Shown: positions 26,860 to 42,785, numbered from the stretch's first letter. The stretch is DNA of 64,000 nt from Eledone cirrhosa (GCA_964016885.1 OZ024763.1:992001-1056000), one strand, 5' to 3'. Notes: a model not told the origin generated them from the sequence alone. Made by a program: numbers and translations.

Positions 26860-28030
26860 CTACCATTGTGCTTAAGGCCAGCACTAAGGAGTTTAAAACT
26901 GGCAATCCATGGGAGCTCCTATTTGCTGACACCCTAGTCCTCATAGCTGAATCTGTTGGAAAGTTAGAAGCCAAATTTTAAGCATGGAAGGAGAACCCAG
27001 AGCTGAAGAACCTACAAGTAAATTTAACAAAGACGAAAGTCTTAATAAGTAGGAAAGAAGACAAGAAGGTGATACTATCAAGAAACGGCCTTGTTTGATG
27101 TCAGAAAGGGGTGGGCTGAAATTGTTTAACCCTTTAGCATTCACATTACTTTATATTTATTATTGTATTTTCATGGTAAAGGCTTTATCACACATAATTA
27201 TCTCACATAATATGGAATCTGAGATTTCGATATTATTTATTTTGAGAACAATACCTTAACATCAGTATGAGTGGCCAGTTACAGCTGATTTAAACAGAAA
27301 AGGTGAGAGAAATCTGGCCAGATACGGCCGGTTTAAATGCTAAAGGGTTAAGCTTCACACAGTGTAATTTCTGGATGGACAAGAGAGTAATGGGATTGCA
27401 GGTTGTCTAATGGAAAAGATAGACTTTATATGTGGCAGATGCACAGGTGAAGTGAGCACAAAGACCATACGTGAAATAGATTCCTTCAGTTGCCAGGGAG
27501 GCTCCCTAGAAGTAGGTGACACCTTTTGTTACCTGGACGATCAAATTAGTTGTGGGGGAGGATGTGTTGAAAGTGTGATAGCTAGGATAAGGACAAGCTG
27601 GAAGAAGTTTAGAGATCTATTACTACTGCTGACAACAAAGGGATTTTTTCTCAGAGTGAAGGGTAGACTGTTTGATGTCTGTGTGCAAACTGCAATGCTA
27701 CATGGCAGTGAAACATGGGCCTTGACTGTAGATCTGTGGAGGCTAGAGAGAAATGAGTTGAGTATGCTCCAATGGATGTGTAAAGTTAGTGTCCCTGAGC
27801 GACATAACATCAGCAAACTGGAGGAAAAACTCAGCATAAGAGGAATTGGATGTAATGTATAAGAGAGAAGACTGCATTGGTATGGACATGTGATGTAGAT
27901 GGAAGATAACAGTTACATAAAGACAGGTAGAGAATTTCCAGTGACTGGGACCCAAGGAAGAGGCAGACCGAGGAAGACATAAGATGAGGTTGTGGATACG
28001 AACCTTAAAAAACTAAACCTCACAATAGAC
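26860..28030 (+). pseudogene. Decayed RTE LINE RT / C-terminal fragment
   Basis: GNPWELLFAD, FICGRC, FCYLDD, AMLHGSETWAL, RLHWYGHV and GRPRKT with stops; same family as the 9581-11952 element. Confidence 0.85.
27130..27347. mobile_element. piggyBac-like TTAA MITE inserted in a decayed RTE copy
   Basis: TTAA at 27126-27129 and 27348-27351, with TIR ccctttagcatt / aatgctaaaggg. Relatives at about 240-375, 30580-30945 and 49970-50182. Confidence 0.85.
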
Positions 28031-31000
28031 ATGACTAAAGGCTGCAAGCAAAACCCGACATACATCATACAATGTAACCTGACTTAAACCCCTCCTCTTC
28101 GTTCCACTAGCTATTCCCAACATCACTGCTTCAACCCAACCACGCATGTCCCCTCCCCTCATTCAGTCGTGGACAGCTTGCAATGCAAACAAAGGTTTGG
28201 GAGGACCTTTCAATCATGTCAAGGACATGCCAGCATTTCTAGTGTTTCACTCTGAGAGTTGCTGAAGCATGGAACAAACTACCTGCATCAGTTGTTAGCT
28301 GTTAGGACACTGCATCCTTTAAAACTTCCATGCTTCCCGGAATTTGCCAACACTACACCTGATATTCCCCCTTCATACACACGCACATATGTGTCTGTGT
28401 GTATATCATGACTCTTATACTGTTCACTTTCCTGACATTTGTACATTATTCTATGTACTATACATACACCTTTGATGAGTTGTAGTGCACCTGAACACTG
28501 TATACAATAATTTTCATTATTTTTTTATAAGACAGCCAATACATGCTGTAAAGTGGTTGGTGATAGGAATGGCATCCAGCCATAGAAACCAAGCCAGAAC
28601 ATAGATCTGTATGAGTCAGATGTGGTCTTTGAATCTGAGTTGTCTCATCACATGATGACCTGTCCACACATGCAAGTGTGGAAAATGGATGTTAAACGAT
28701 GATGATATATATGTGTGAGTGTGTATGTGTGTCAGCAGCATCATAAACTGCTACAAAGGTAAAGGAGATGCATTGGACAGAGGAAACTATAGAGGTATTA
28801 TGTTGATAGATCAGGTCAGGAAAGTTACTGAAAGAGTTATTACAGAATTAATTAGGGATAGAGTTGACATTGCTAGGATGCAGTTTCGATTTGTGCCTGG
28901 AAAAGGCACCACAGATGACATCTTCCTTGCCAGACAGCTGCAGAGGTATTTAGCTAAAAGTAAGAAGCACCCTGTCCACCCTCTAAGGTGGATGTGCTGG
29001 TGACCCAACGAAAAGTATCCAGTCCACAATGTAAGGTAATCATGTTGGTGACACAATAAGTTGCCAGTTCACTTTGTAAGATGGTTGTGCTGGTGACAAC
29101 AAAAAGCACCTAATTCACCCTGTAAGATGGTTGTGCTGGTGACACAACAAAAAACACCTAATTCACCCCGTCAGATGATTGTGTTGGTGACATAACAAAA
29201 AGCACCCAGTCTATTCTATAAGGTGGTCATACAGATTACTTGAAGCTGATGGAACCTATGGAAGGGGAAGAACTAGGAAAATTTGGTTGATGTGATGAAC
29301 ACCAACCTTACATAGATGACCCTCACAAAGGAAATGATCCAAGATTGTGTTAACTGACAATGTATGTCACTACTACAGAAAACTCACCTTCTCATGCAAG
29401 TGGAGTGATACAAGTGTAGGAAGGTTTCCCCACCTGCCAGTATACTCCTGACTTATTCTTTGATAATTCTGACAATTCACCATCTATAAAATGGTATTTT
29501 ATTTATTGATCCTGGAATACTATGGTTATGTGGTTAGAATGTCTCGGGAAAGAATTGCTGGACATATTTGTAGATCAGAGAGTCACTCCAGTTAGAGCTG
29601 CTGCTTCTCTGAATTGAGAGATCACAACTCCAATACTATGGGCATGTGGTTAGAATGTCTCAGGAAAGAATCACTGGACAGATTTGTAATTCAGAGATCA
29701 GAGAGTCACGCCAGGTAGAGCTGCTGCTTCTCTGAATTGAGAGATCACAACTCCGATACTATGGGCATGTGGTTAGAATGTCTCGGGGAAAGAATTGCTG
29801 GACAGATTTTACAGGCAAAACCAACTGGCAAGAAACCCAGGGGTAGACCCTGAACAAGATGGTTGAATAACATCCATGGGCTTGGCATGTGTCTCTTGGG
29901 GATCCAGCCGGATCAGTTGGAGACGGTTGCTTCTGACAGGACCCACTGGAAGGAGTGTTTCAGGACTCTGACCCCACAAGCAAGATGGTTGGATAACATC
30001 CATGAGCTTGGCTGGTCATACTTGGGGATCCAACCAGATCAGTTGGAGATGGTTGCTTCTGAAACGACTTGCTGGAGGGAGTTTTTGAGGACTTTGACCC
30101 CATGACCCTCTCATGAATAAGTAGGCGAAGAAGAAGAAGACCCTGGAAGTGGACTGAGACATTCATCCTCTCAAGGAAGCCTGCACAGTGTACTTTACAT
30201 GGAATATCTCGGGGCCAAGTTCAGAAGTGATGGCAGGCAGGAGGTTGAATTAAGTGCAGTAATGCACCAGCTTCAGCATTCGGTAATCAGAAGAAGATAG
30301 GTGTAAAAGCCAAACTTGCTATCTTCATTTTAGTATTTGCGCCAACCCTTACCTATGGCCATGAAGTTTGGGTAACGACCGAAAGAATATGATCGCGAAT
30401 ACAAGTGGTCTCGCTAGGGGTCCAACTGGATTAATTTCAGACTGTCAGGACCCTCTAGAAGGAGTTTTTGAGGACTCAGCTCCCATGACCCTCTCAGGAA
30501 TAAGTGGGTGAAGAAGACTCAAGATGTAAGGTAAAGTTGACCTCGGCTGGATTTGAACTCAGAGTGCAGAGAGCCCACAACATTTAAACCAGCTGTATCC
30601 AGCCAGAATTCTTTCCCCTTTTTATAACATCATCAAAATCTTGTAGACTTGAGATTATGTGAGATAAAGATTTTACCATGAATATAAAATTGTAAATATA
30701 GAGTAATGTAAATGTTATGTGAGATATTATGTGAGGTAAAGCCTTTACTGTGAATATACAAGAGTATATATAGAGTAATGTAAATGTTGTGTGAGATATT
30801 ATGTGAGGTAAAACCTTTACCATGAATATACAATAGTATATATAGAGTAATGTAAATGTTATGTGAGATATTATGTGAGGTAAAGCCTTTACCATGAATA
30901 TACAATAGTAAATATAGAGTAATGTAAATGATAAAGGATTAAGGGTATTTAATCTGATGCCCTAGAGACTCTGCCAATTAGCCACATGTGCACCCAGTAC

Positions 31001-32266
31001 ACTCTGTAATGTGGTTGATGATAGAAAGTGTATCCAGCTGTAGAAACTATGCCAAACAATACGTTTAGAGGACCCTTCAGTTATTTCAAGGACATGACAA
31101 CCTCTCTAGTGTTGATGCTGTGATATAATCTACCTGGTACACTCTGAAAGTGGTTGGTGACAGAAAGGGTATCCAGCTGTAGAAACTATGTCAAACAAAA
31201 TGTCAAAAAGACTCTTCAGTTGTGTCAAACACATGACAACCTCCCTAATGTTGGTGCCAAGGTAAAACATACCCTGTACACTGTGTAAAGTTGTTAGTGA
31301 TAGGTAGAGTGTCCAGCCATAGAAAACTTACCCCAAAATGGGTCAAGAAAACTTATCAGTTGCATGTAACACCTGATAACCTGACTGGTTGTGTTACTGC
31401 AATAAAATACACCCAGTATACTCTGTAGGGTATGGGGGTGTAGGTGAGATGTTCTTTCTTGGCCCGTTTGAAAGGTCAGTGGCTCTGACAAGGTATGATC
31501 TGGTGTCATGACAACAAAAGCACCCAGTCCACCCTGTACCATGTAAGGTGGTCATGCTGGTGACACGATGTAGCACCCTCTCCACTCTGTAAGGTGGTTG
31601 TGGTGGTGACACGACAAAAGGTATCCCATCCGCGATGTAAGGTAATCGTGTTGGTGACACAAGTGCCCAGTCCTCCTTGTAAGAGGGTCATAATGGTGAC
31701 ATGACAAAAAGTGCCCAATTCACTCTGCATGGTGGTCTTGTTGGTGACACAAGAGCCCACTCCTCCTTGTAAGAGGGTCATGCTGGTGACATCATAAAAA
31801 GTACCCAATTCACCCTGTATGGTGGTCTTGTTGGTGACACAGCAAAAAGCAGTCAATCTACCCTGTATGGTGGTCGTGCTGGTGACCACAAAAAGCACCC
31901 TGTCTACCCTGTAAGGTGGTGGTGTTGGTGTCACAATAAAAATCCCCCAGTCCACACTGTAAATGTGGTTGGCGTTAGGAATGACATCCAGCTGTAGAAA
32001 CCAAGCCAGAAACAGTTCTGTAGGAACAAGACATGGTCTCCTGACCTGACCTCTCTCACAACGGGACAACTCGTCTAACCCATGCTAGCGTGGTAAAGTA
32101 GACATTAAACGATGATGACGGGGATATTGATATATGTATGTGTGTGTGTATATATATATATATACGCACATTAAGATGCTGTTGAAGTATATATACATTT
32201 TTGTGGGACACCCTGTATTTATGTATGTGTGTGTATATACACATATATTAAAGTATATATACGTGA

Positions 32267-32303
<37 letters not shown>

Positions 32304-32495
32304 CATATATATATACATTCTACCTGACTTATTTTTTTTCAACTTATACGTTTCTCTTAAAATTTATTTTCACAATGTCCGGAATTGCCTCTTAAAACAT
32401 TATAAACATACATACGTGTATATATATATATATGTATATATACACACTACTATAATATAAATAAATATACAACATATATATACATTTATAAATAT

Positions 32496-32526
<31 letters not shown>

Positions 32527-32915
32527 AGTATTACGAGTGACATGTATGTATAAAATGGCCGTATTTTATTTCAAATGTTTTTATCTTCTCTCCCATAAAC
32601 TATCTTTATCCTGTTGATTGAATAATATTTTCACATTTTTTCCCGAAATTAAGGAATTACATCCCAATATTTATTTTTTTCCTGCCATTATTCTGTGTGT
32701 GTGTGTGTACATGTGTATGTGTGTCATTATGTGTATGTGCATGCCAGTATGTGTGTACGTATCTCTGTGTGAGTACGTGTGTATGTATGTATGTGTATGT
32801 TATTGTGTATGTGTGTGTGCCTGCTTGTCAGTATGTGTGTTCGTATCTGTGTGCATATATATATATATATTATGTGTTTGTGTGTGTGTATATTTGTATG
32901 CATGTGTTCGTGTAC

Positions 32916-32946
<31 letters not shown>

Positions 32947-33031
32947 GTGTGCATGCGTATATGTATGATTTTGTGTGTGCGTGTATATATATTTATGTGT
33001 GTGTGTGTGTGTGCGTGTATTTATGTGTGTG

Positions 33032-33079
<48 letters not shown>

Positions 33080-33330
33080 TATGTGTGTGTATATGTGTAT
33101 ACATACATATATATATATATGTATATGTATGGTATGGTTTACCGTATCAGTAGCCATATCTGATAGTTTAAAAGCTTATCTAATTCTTTCTATTTAATTC
33201 TAAACGTTTCACTTCAACTCATGTCGCACCTATAAATCTATAAATCACAATTTTACATCAAAGACTGTTTGACAATTTATATATTATATAGAAATAAAAG
33301 GTCCTTTACAATATATATATACACACACAC

Positions 33331-33370
<40 letters not shown>

Positions 33371-33444
33371 GTGTGTGTGTGAATGAAGTATTTCCGTAGG
33401 AAAGGCACAGGGGAAAAAGAGTGCTCTATGTAGGCTACAGAGCT

Positions 33445-33572
33445 TATTAGTTATGTAATAAACAACATAAGATAATTATTTCATTTACCAGTGGTTTCTT
33501 GAAGGCAGATGTGTCTGTCTTCAAGAAACCACTGGTAAATGAAATAATTATCTTATGTTGTTTATTACATAA

Positions 33573-33578
<6 letters not shown>
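33445..33578. repeat. Near-perfect 134-bp palindrome containing the HHR 3' half GAAACCACTGGTA
   Basis: 65-bp arms with one G.T pair and a tgtg loop, next to (TA)n(GA)n. Confidence 0.9.
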
Positions 33579-33654
<76 letters not shown>

Positions 33655-33692
33655 GAGAGTGAGAGAGAGAGAGAGATTTGTGCATACGCGTG

Positions 33693-33724
<32 letters not shown>

Positions 33725-34299
33725 CCAAGATCTCTTCTCAAAGGGTGTACTTTCTTTATCGATCTCTTGTTGTCGAACTCCTAGGTTACGAAGTTATAAA
33801 CACAAACACGAACGCAGAAAAGGCAACACAAACACATACACTCTTGTATACATATGCACACATACACGTGTGTGTATATATATATATAGATAGATATGTT
33901 TCTTTATTAGCCACAGGGACACAAAAGAAGGGTACAAATACAAAGGGGGAAGTTTACATACAATAAAAACGTGTAAAATACTATCACAAATGTAATTTAA
34001 AAATTAAACGATTTTCCCAATAGGGGGAGACATTTCATATGGGTAACACATACCCCCGAAAAAATGTGCAACCCTCATCTCCAGGTGTACGAAGAGTTTG
34101 TACCCCTTTCCTCTCTTCCTCTTTTTCCTCAACCTACAGGCTGATATAGAGAGAAGGCCCATTCACTCGGGCCATTCTCAACACTTTCACCCACCTTTCA
34201 TAAAACTTGCTGGGGTACAGCACCTCTCTCTCCATCCTGATTCTTCTTCCAAAGTGGTATTTGAAAAAAATAGATAGATAGATACATAGATGAACCTGT

Positions 34300-35660
34300 T
34301 AAATTGATTGGGGTATGGTTTTGTCCAGACCTCCAAATGGACAAAAACTAGGATGAGGTAACTACGAGGGTGGCCTCTTTCACTCAGAAATGAGCTGAGA
34401 GGAGGCTATCCCAAGAAAACTGAGCAAAATTGGTAAATGCATACATCACGTCCATCATCTGCTGCCAACTGACCATCTTGTCTTGTCCTGGTCCACATCT
34501 GACTGCACAAGAGCATTTCTCATTAGTTTTTTTTGAGGAAGAGATGCATGCTAGTGGTCAGGTGGTCTGCCAACACCCACTGCATGGAGGATTGGGCATG
34601 CCATGGCTGATGATGCACAAATATGCCGCATGGCTATATTATCTCTAACTTTCCTTCAATGGTGAATAGATGTGGTCACCTTTAGCTAGGCATGTGTTTC
34701 TACAGCTCATCTCTTTGACAGAGCTGCAGCACTGGGTCAAGCAAAGACCGAAAGGGAGTGCTTAGAAACTGGAATGTCTTCAAGTGCTTACAGCTCTTAA
34801 CTAATCAGGCAGTATGATCGATTGAAACTTCACCTTGGCATTCTATTGAGGGTTAGTGGCAGGTAAAAACACAATTTCTCAGGGAGATTCTGGGCATAGA
34901 TGAAAATCAACTAGCCACTCTTTTCCAGAGGACTTTTGGTCTGGAGCCCATGGATAACTTCCAGAAATCCTTGGCCTGGCAATACTATCAAGGAGCTTTG
35001 CCAGTTCGAGATAAACTCTACAAGCATGAAAGTGCCATCAGCCAGGCCTGTCAGAGTTGTGCACATTGTGATGAAATCATCCTGCATATATTCATCCAGT
35101 GTCCAAGTATTGCTGACTTTTATATGTCCTACTGTTACGAGTGGGACAGATCCGGCTATCAGTTGAGTCCATCATTAAGAATCCCCTGCTACCTTTCTTT
35201 AGCCAGGAAGGACAGGCTGTTTTTACCCATCTGATTCACAGGTTTGATAGGATCGAAAACAAGCATTTTCCTCTTCAGCAAAGCCCAGATTAACTTTTTT
35301 AGGTTTCACTTGAAGAGGAAAATCAGGGTGGAGAGGTTAGTGCTGCCTTCTAGCCAGTTTGACATGAGCAAATGGGCCTGCTCTAAGTATACACCTGTAG
35401 ATTGGAGAAAGACAATTGGGAGGGGGCACATGCTCTAGTTGTGAGGGTGACTGTGGATTTTTTTGTGAGCTTTCTCCACCGCCCTATTGGGGAGATTTTT
35501 TTTGCTTTAATTTTTATTAGTTGTGATTTCTCTTATCACCCCCTTTTACACAAAAAAACCCACATTGTACTCTCGTCATGTTTTCATCATCATCATGATC
35601 ATCACCATCACTGATTAATGTCCCTGTTTCCATGCTGGCATGAGTTACCCTTCGTGGTAA
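34300..35660 (+). pseudogene. Decayed L1/Tx1-clade ORF2 C-terminal region and 3' end
   Basis: SLAWQYYQGALPVRDKL..CQSC..EIILHIFIQC (zf-RVT CCHC). Related 3' ends at about 33900-34260 (-), 35890-36150 and 49320-49690. Confidence 0.7.
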
Positions 35661-35694
35661 ATAAAGAAATCATTATTATTAATATTATCATCTA

Positions 35695-36362
35695 GGGTGG
35701 TAGATTGTCAGTATTGGTAGAGGGTCAGACGCCATGCTTTGCAGCATAGAGTTGTGGCCCTTTGCGGTCTGAGTTAAAATCGCACCGAGGTTAACTTTGC
35801 CTTTCGTCCTTACGAGGGTCGATAGAATAAAGTACCAGTAATGCACTGGGGTAATTGCTGGCCTTGTGCCAAAAGTAGAAACAATTATTACTATGGGTGA
35901 ATGTGGCGAGAATGGCCCATCTAAGTGGATCTACTCTGAGCATGCACCTGTAGGCTGATTGAAGTGTTGGGTATCTCAGGATTGGTGGGGTACCTGAGTC
36001 GCCCCTGGGTGGTTTCCCCCCCCCCCCCCCCCCGCTACCACTGGAGAATTTTTATTGATTTAAAAAATTTTTTTTACTTGATTTTATAGTAACCCTCACT
36101 GTCCCCGTCTTTTTGTATTGTCCCCTATATATAGGCCCTTGTTTTAAACTGTTTGTAGACCAATCAACACAGGAGAGGTTGAAGCCACTTATCGGTAGAT
36201 GGTTGGATGCCATGCTTTGCAGTAAAGAGTTACGGCCCTTTATGGTCTGAGTTCAAATCCCGCCGAGGTTAACTTTGCCTTTCATCCTTACGGGATCGAT
36301 AAAATAAAGTACCAGTAATGCACTGGGTGATTGCTGGCCTTGTGCAAAAAGTAGAAACAATT
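35695..36362 (+). mobile_element. Second tRNA-derived SINE family (gagttcaaatcccgccgaggttaactttgcctttcatcct..gataaaataaagtaccag), two copies
   Basis: Copies at 35695-35885 and 36190-36362, with others at about 20-155 (+), 1440-1650 (-), 16258-16372 (+), 19195-19330 (-) and 43800-43900 (-). Confidence 0.75.
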
Positions 36363-36385
36363 ATTGTGTTACCAGAATGGTACTG

Positions 36386-36676
36386 TTAAATATAACACTT
36401 AATGCTGTCGAGGCATTCTTTGAAGTACAGTTGCGGCATTTGGGGTGGTCTATAGAGCCTAATTATAATTAAATCATTAACATTGTTGTACACAGAAACT
36501 AATTCACTTGTGACTGCTGTAAAAGAATCATGAAAGAAAATGGTAGTTATGCCCTTTCTTCTGCAAATGTAATCCACACAAGTGGTTGTAAAATTCCTCA
36601 CCCTCACAATGGCTTCCAAGTGGGAGTTGTTGAGATGGGTCTCAGTTAGGATGAAGATGGGCCCTGACTCTACCAT
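36386..36676 (-). pseudogene. Non-LTR AP-endonuclease fragment
   Basis: FILTETHLN and IIIRLYRPP motifs. Confidence 0.55.
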
Positions 36677-36770
36677 GTTTACATACTACTATCCCAAGTA
36701 TTGAGTACTCTGCTGAATTATGGTCTTATTAGTTTAAACTACTATAATCCTGATCCCTATATATATTTAT

Positions 36771-36965
36771 ATATTTAATATAGAAATGGCTTCTACAGGA
36801 CTAGAACTGTTTCATTCGGAGGAAATCATCAGCAGGAAGCCCTGATGATTTCTCCGAAATGAAACAGTTCTAGTCCTGTAGAAGCCATTTCTATATTAAA
36901 TATTTATACTCTGCTATGTATTGTGTACCTTACTTACTGTGGTTACCCCCAATTGAACCCGGGAT
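36771..36965. mobile_element. Penelope-like terminal remnant: fold-back with a CTGATGA..GAAAC..GTC HHR core on both arms
   Basis: Arms at about 36771-36832 and 36842-36903. Related single copies at about 20160-20300, 26270-26310, 43570-43700 and 45520-45570. Confidence 0.65.
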
Positions 36966-36990
36966 AAACTTTATATATATGTATGTATAA

Positions 36991-37037
<47 letters not shown>

Positions 37038-37369
37038 AAAAAGGTTCAGTAAGTCCGAATAAAACTGGTGAGAGTACCAATGTCTGGACTCGATACAGAG
37101 CAGAGTGTATATAATAAGAACAAAGTGGAGATGTTACATATGAGATTTAAGCATCCGGCTTGTGGTCTGGGAGGCACCCCCAGACCAGACTCCAAGACTG
37201 CCTGATCCTCAGACCAGTGTTAACACAACAAAAATCACATACACTGAGCTGAGGATCACGCAGACATGGAGTCTGGTTTGGGATGTCTCCCAGATCATTA
37301 GCCTCCTGCTTGAGAAACATTTATAACCGGGTTGAACAATAAATATCCTATGTAACATCTCCATTTCGT

Positions 37370-37407
<38 letters not shown>

Positions 37408-38680
37408 TCATCATCATCATCATCGTTTAACGTCCATGTTCCACGCTTGCATGGGTTTGGACGGGAGTTTTCCCACTTGAGGCAAGAGTGGTTGTCTTGC
37501 ATATATATATGAGAGAAAGAGAGAGAGCGGAAATGATAGATAGATAGAGTGCGAATGAGAACATTAGGTCAGAATATAAAGAAGAAAAAAAAGGTTCCTA
37601 AATAGAAATGTGTTTTTGAGATAAAACATTTATTAGTTTAATATAGGAGGAACTGAAGACAGACCTGGTTAGTGCCGAACTAAAAATGACTACAAATATT
37701 TAGTTGCTTCCCTTAACATGTTGAATTCAAACTTGGATATCTCACCCACTTATTTTTCTATGTAGCTGAAATTTTATTAAATTTAAATTTAAATTAAATT
37801 AATTACGATTAATATTCTGGCTCGATGGTAATTAAATATTGATACCTGTTTTATATCAAAGTTGATAATGATAATTATTTTACAGTAGTTTGGAGAAAAC
37901 AACGGATATAGAATGCCGGATTAAAAACATCCTTTCTTTGCTGTGACTATTAATGTTTGTTTGTTTTATGTTTCGCAGTTTCTTTTATTTAATCTCTAGC
38001 TTTTATTCCAGTCTGTCCACTCCCCAATTCCCACACTTCACTTGTTTGAATAAATATATTCACAGTAAATAATACATCCGAAGGGATTATAATAAAAATA
38101 ATTATAATAATCCAAACGTATCTATGACCTTGTTGCAAAAGTAAGAAAACAATTCAATAATTTACAAGAAAATATTAAAATAAAATAAAGTATATTTAAA
38201 GATGGTATGATAAGAAGAAAAAAAAAAAGAGAGGGGTACTTTTATTAATAGAATTGGTTATTTTCCTATCCATTTTTTTTATTATTAATTCAAAGAAGCT
38301 CGCAGAAATAAACTTTGCCCTTGGTTCTCCTACTGGGAGGAAAACGTTTGATTTTAAATATTAAAAAAAATGTATTATCTTTCTTTCTCTTGTAACACCA
38401 CCAATTGTGGCTTCTAGTGAATGTCCAGGCAAAATACCTTTTATATATATATATATTAATTATTAAAAGAAACCAAACACTGCATGAAATCAATAAAATC
38501 ATTTGCAATGTTTTGAAAAACTGCATCGAAGTTCAATTTATAATTTTAAATATATATATATATATATATATAGGCATACGTCAAGACGGGCGGTCTGGAT
38601 ATATATATATATATAAGATCAAAACGGTTAATTATATTTTATATTAATTGATTAACGACCGTTACATCCATATTTATGAA

Positions 38681-38738
<58 letters not shown>

Positions 38739-39606
38739 AGAGTCAGGACCCCGACGGCTGAGCTCTTACCGTTTCAACAGTGAACATATATATAATATAA
38801 TATATATATATATATAAATGAAAAGTATATATATATATATATATATACGCACATACATGTGTTGGCATGCGTATATTTCATATAGAGATTTCTCCTACGT
38901 GACTAGAATTGTTTCATTAACCCCCCCCCCCCCCTCCATATATATATAATATATACTTTATATATATATATACATATATATGTGTATGTATCTATATATA
39001 TGTGTATATATATATATATTTCTCATATAGTCATCGTAATTACCAAAAACAAAACAAAAGCAACAACATCGAAACATTACATTTTTTATATTCGAATTTA
39101 ATACTGTATGTGTGTTATCCCCTGATATTTCCATATCTAACTGTACCCGAATCTATAGTAATGCACGAAACCTTTAGCTATTACTAAGTCGGCATATACC
39201 CGCCCCTTCACCTTAATAAAACCTATGGCTCTATTATTTTATTAAAAAGCATTCCATGCTTGATGATCCAGTTACTTTTAAAATAAAGATGAACACTATC
39301 TAAATACACATTTCTGAAAACAGTATCTTTATTAAGAGCGTAATTGAAGAATGACATGTTAAGTATTTTGTTGCTATTTCTAGCACGTTGATTGACCACC
39401 TAGAAGCCTCCTGGTAGTTCGTGCCCAGCTACAAAATAACTTCGTACCCGGCTATATATATATATATATACAAAGATTAAAGTTTATATATATCGACATA
39501 ACCAATTTATCCATTTTAATATATTTGACAGCGCAATTCACCAATTTTTCACAAGAATATATTTGCTAATTCTCAATATATATTGCAAATTGAAACTTCA
39601 ACAATT

Positions 39607-39663
<57 letters not shown>

Positions 39664-41150
39664 ATGGAATTAATAACGTTTTTAAAGTATCGTGTACTAA
39701 GTTAAATAATGGTTTTACGAATTGTCATTCCATTAGTAATAACTAATATATATATATGCAGGGAGTCCCCCAAAATGTATACACACTTTAATAGCATTCT
39801 AACTGAAGCATGCATACATTTTTGGGGGACACCCTCTATATATATATAGATACAATATATTGAGGACTTCTTGCTACTAACGCGTGTATATATATATATA
39901 TATCTTATAATATACAGCAATTAAAACATTTTCCTACATCGGACGATATATATATATCATCCGGTAAAGCGAAACTCGGAGTAACGCCGTAGTAAAATGT
40001 TTTAATTTGTGTATATTATAATTTATAAACTCTCACATGTGTGTGTGTATATATGATATATATATTATATATCTATATACATTATAAGATCCTCACATAT
40101 TTCGGTTATTCTCAACTCAGCCAGATTCAACATACACCTGTGGTGAAAACCATTCCAAGCTCACTAAAACTTATCTGTTTATTCACCCGACCGAAACCTT
40201 TCTACCATTAAAGGGCATTCCAGCCATGACCAACTCTTTATGTCAGTTATTGATTTATCTAGGATTACATTAGCAAATATGTATTTTTATTCAATTTTAA
40301 AAAACAGTAGGATGTGGATTTAAAGGAAATTTGGCATTATTAAATCTAGATATTTAGAGAGAGCGTGCATGTTGTTTCAAGGACTCCATTATTCATATAT
40401 ATATAATATACCTTCCGTTTTTTTAAAGACGTTTATACGATTTGAGCGGGGAGTGGGGGGATGCTACCATTTATTTTTCGATTTATAAAGTGTGACTGAA
40501 ACGGAAGAGTATCCTAAGAAAATCTCTTCTCCTAACACTAAATAGCTACGTATGTCCATTTGAAAAATTCTGAAGTCCACCAAGATGAATTCCACAATTG
40601 GGGTGGATACTAAGGGAGATAACTCCTGGTCGTTAAACTTATCGCACCAGTGTCCCTTCTTAATACTAAATTTTCTCTTAATATCCACTCCTTTTTCTCA
40701 CAATATTTATTTAAATATTCTTCACCATTGTTTATTAATTTATTAACCATTCTTTTAAAAGCTATTTCAGTTATTTAACCATAATATGAATGGGTATTCT
40801 TTATGTTTTACTTTACCTTATTGGTTTAAAAAAATAATAATTGTTCTATATATATATGTATACATATAAAGAGAGATGTATATATATATATATGATGTGT
40901 GTATATATATATAAATATATATATATCTATATCTATCTATATATATATACATATATATGTATGTATGTATGTATGTTTTTTCTTACTCTTTTAAAATACA
41001 TTTCTGTCTATATTTAGTTTTTCCTCTTTCGCGTTCTAACTTACTCAATTTCACGAATCCTCTTATATAATATACACCTATTCTATAAAACAGAATTATT
41101 TAGTCATGCTATCATATATTGTCATATTGTTGAAAGTAATTTCTTGTTGC

Positions 41151-41201
<51 letters not shown>

Positions 41202-41853
41202 ATACACACACACTGATTGGTAATAAGATCAATGCATTGACGTTTGAATAAGAAAAGGCATTAAACTCCATGTATACCATGTGTATAACTCCCAAAAGAT
41301 TATCATCTGAATTCATCTATGGCTAAATATATAGTTTACCCATTCTTACTAATAAAATCTTAGAGAAAAAAATATTCCAAACGAGAAAAACAAAAACTCG
41401 AATATATCGATATTTTAATGTATATAGTTGTGAAAACTATTTCCTTGACTCTATGACAAGGACGATCTTGTCTGAAGTGCTTCTTAATAATGTAATATAT
41501 TATATTATAATATAAGGTTCATAGTAAATGTTGGAAAACTCAGACGCAGAAAATAATTGTAAATAGATAGTTTAGAAAATCGGGTGAAGATCCCCTTTAA
41601 GACGAAAACGAAAATGTGGCCAACGGCCGCTATGAGGAATCGAATTCCATATCTGAGACTGTTTTCACCATTGAGCTAAACTTTTTCATACGATGATATA
41701 ATATTTAAACCTCTCTCTCTTTATATATATATAGTTATGTATGTGTGTGTGAGAGAGAGATAAGGAACTATGTAGATGGGAAAATTAGTTTTAAAACCAT
41801 TTTAAATTCCTTATATATACGTTTGAGTTATATATATATATATATTTATATAA

Positions 41854-41914
<61 letters not shown>

Positions 41915-42480
41915 ATGTATATATTACAGAGAGAGAGAGAGAGAAAGAGAGAAAAAAGTTATATCTCGATCTACAGTTTCAAGAAAAATAGGAAAAACTA
42001 TCTAAATACGCACAGAACATCCCAAGAAATAAAACCTTTTTCTTTTTTTAATGTTTCCTATTATTCAATTTTCAATTATGATATTTAAAGCCTTTTTCTA
42101 AGATAGCTATATAAATTTTTTCTCTTTCTTCTCTCTCAATCAAATGGTTTCTTTCTTTCTCTATCTCTTTCGGTCTCTCTCTTTGGTTTTATTTAGTTTA
42201 AATTTCATTTTAAAGAGACGTGTTTTGGGGGTCGGATTAAATAAAAAGCAGTCAACCCAACCAAAAATCAAAACAAAACCCAGTATTATAAGAACCCCCA
42301 CCCACCACGTGCACTTAGACTATTATAAAACCTAACATCAGTACTAGTACTACTATTATTACAAGCAGTACTGTTGTTTGTGCCTCCTCTCTCAGCTGAG
42401 AGAGCTTGCTATTTATTTACTCTGCTTGAATTAGTCTACAGACAGACAGACAGACATACGTACAATTGTAAGTATATCTA

Positions 42481-42657
<177 letters not shown>

Positions 42658-42682
42658 GTTTATATATCTATATATATATATA

Positions 42683-42783
42683 CAGGGTGTCCCCAGAAAA
42701 TGTATACATACTTTGATTACCTGTACAGGCAATATTTATTAGAATACTGTTGAAGTATGTATACATTTTTTGGGAACACCCTA
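42683..42783. mobile_element. Roughly 80-100-bp Tc1/mariner-type MITE (TIR cagggtgtcc..aaaatgtatac), TA-flanked
   Basis: Copies at about 17767-17845, 26328-26399, 32170-32215, 39758-39836, 43470-43550 and 44640-44712. Confidence 0.8.
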
Positions 42784-42785
42784 TG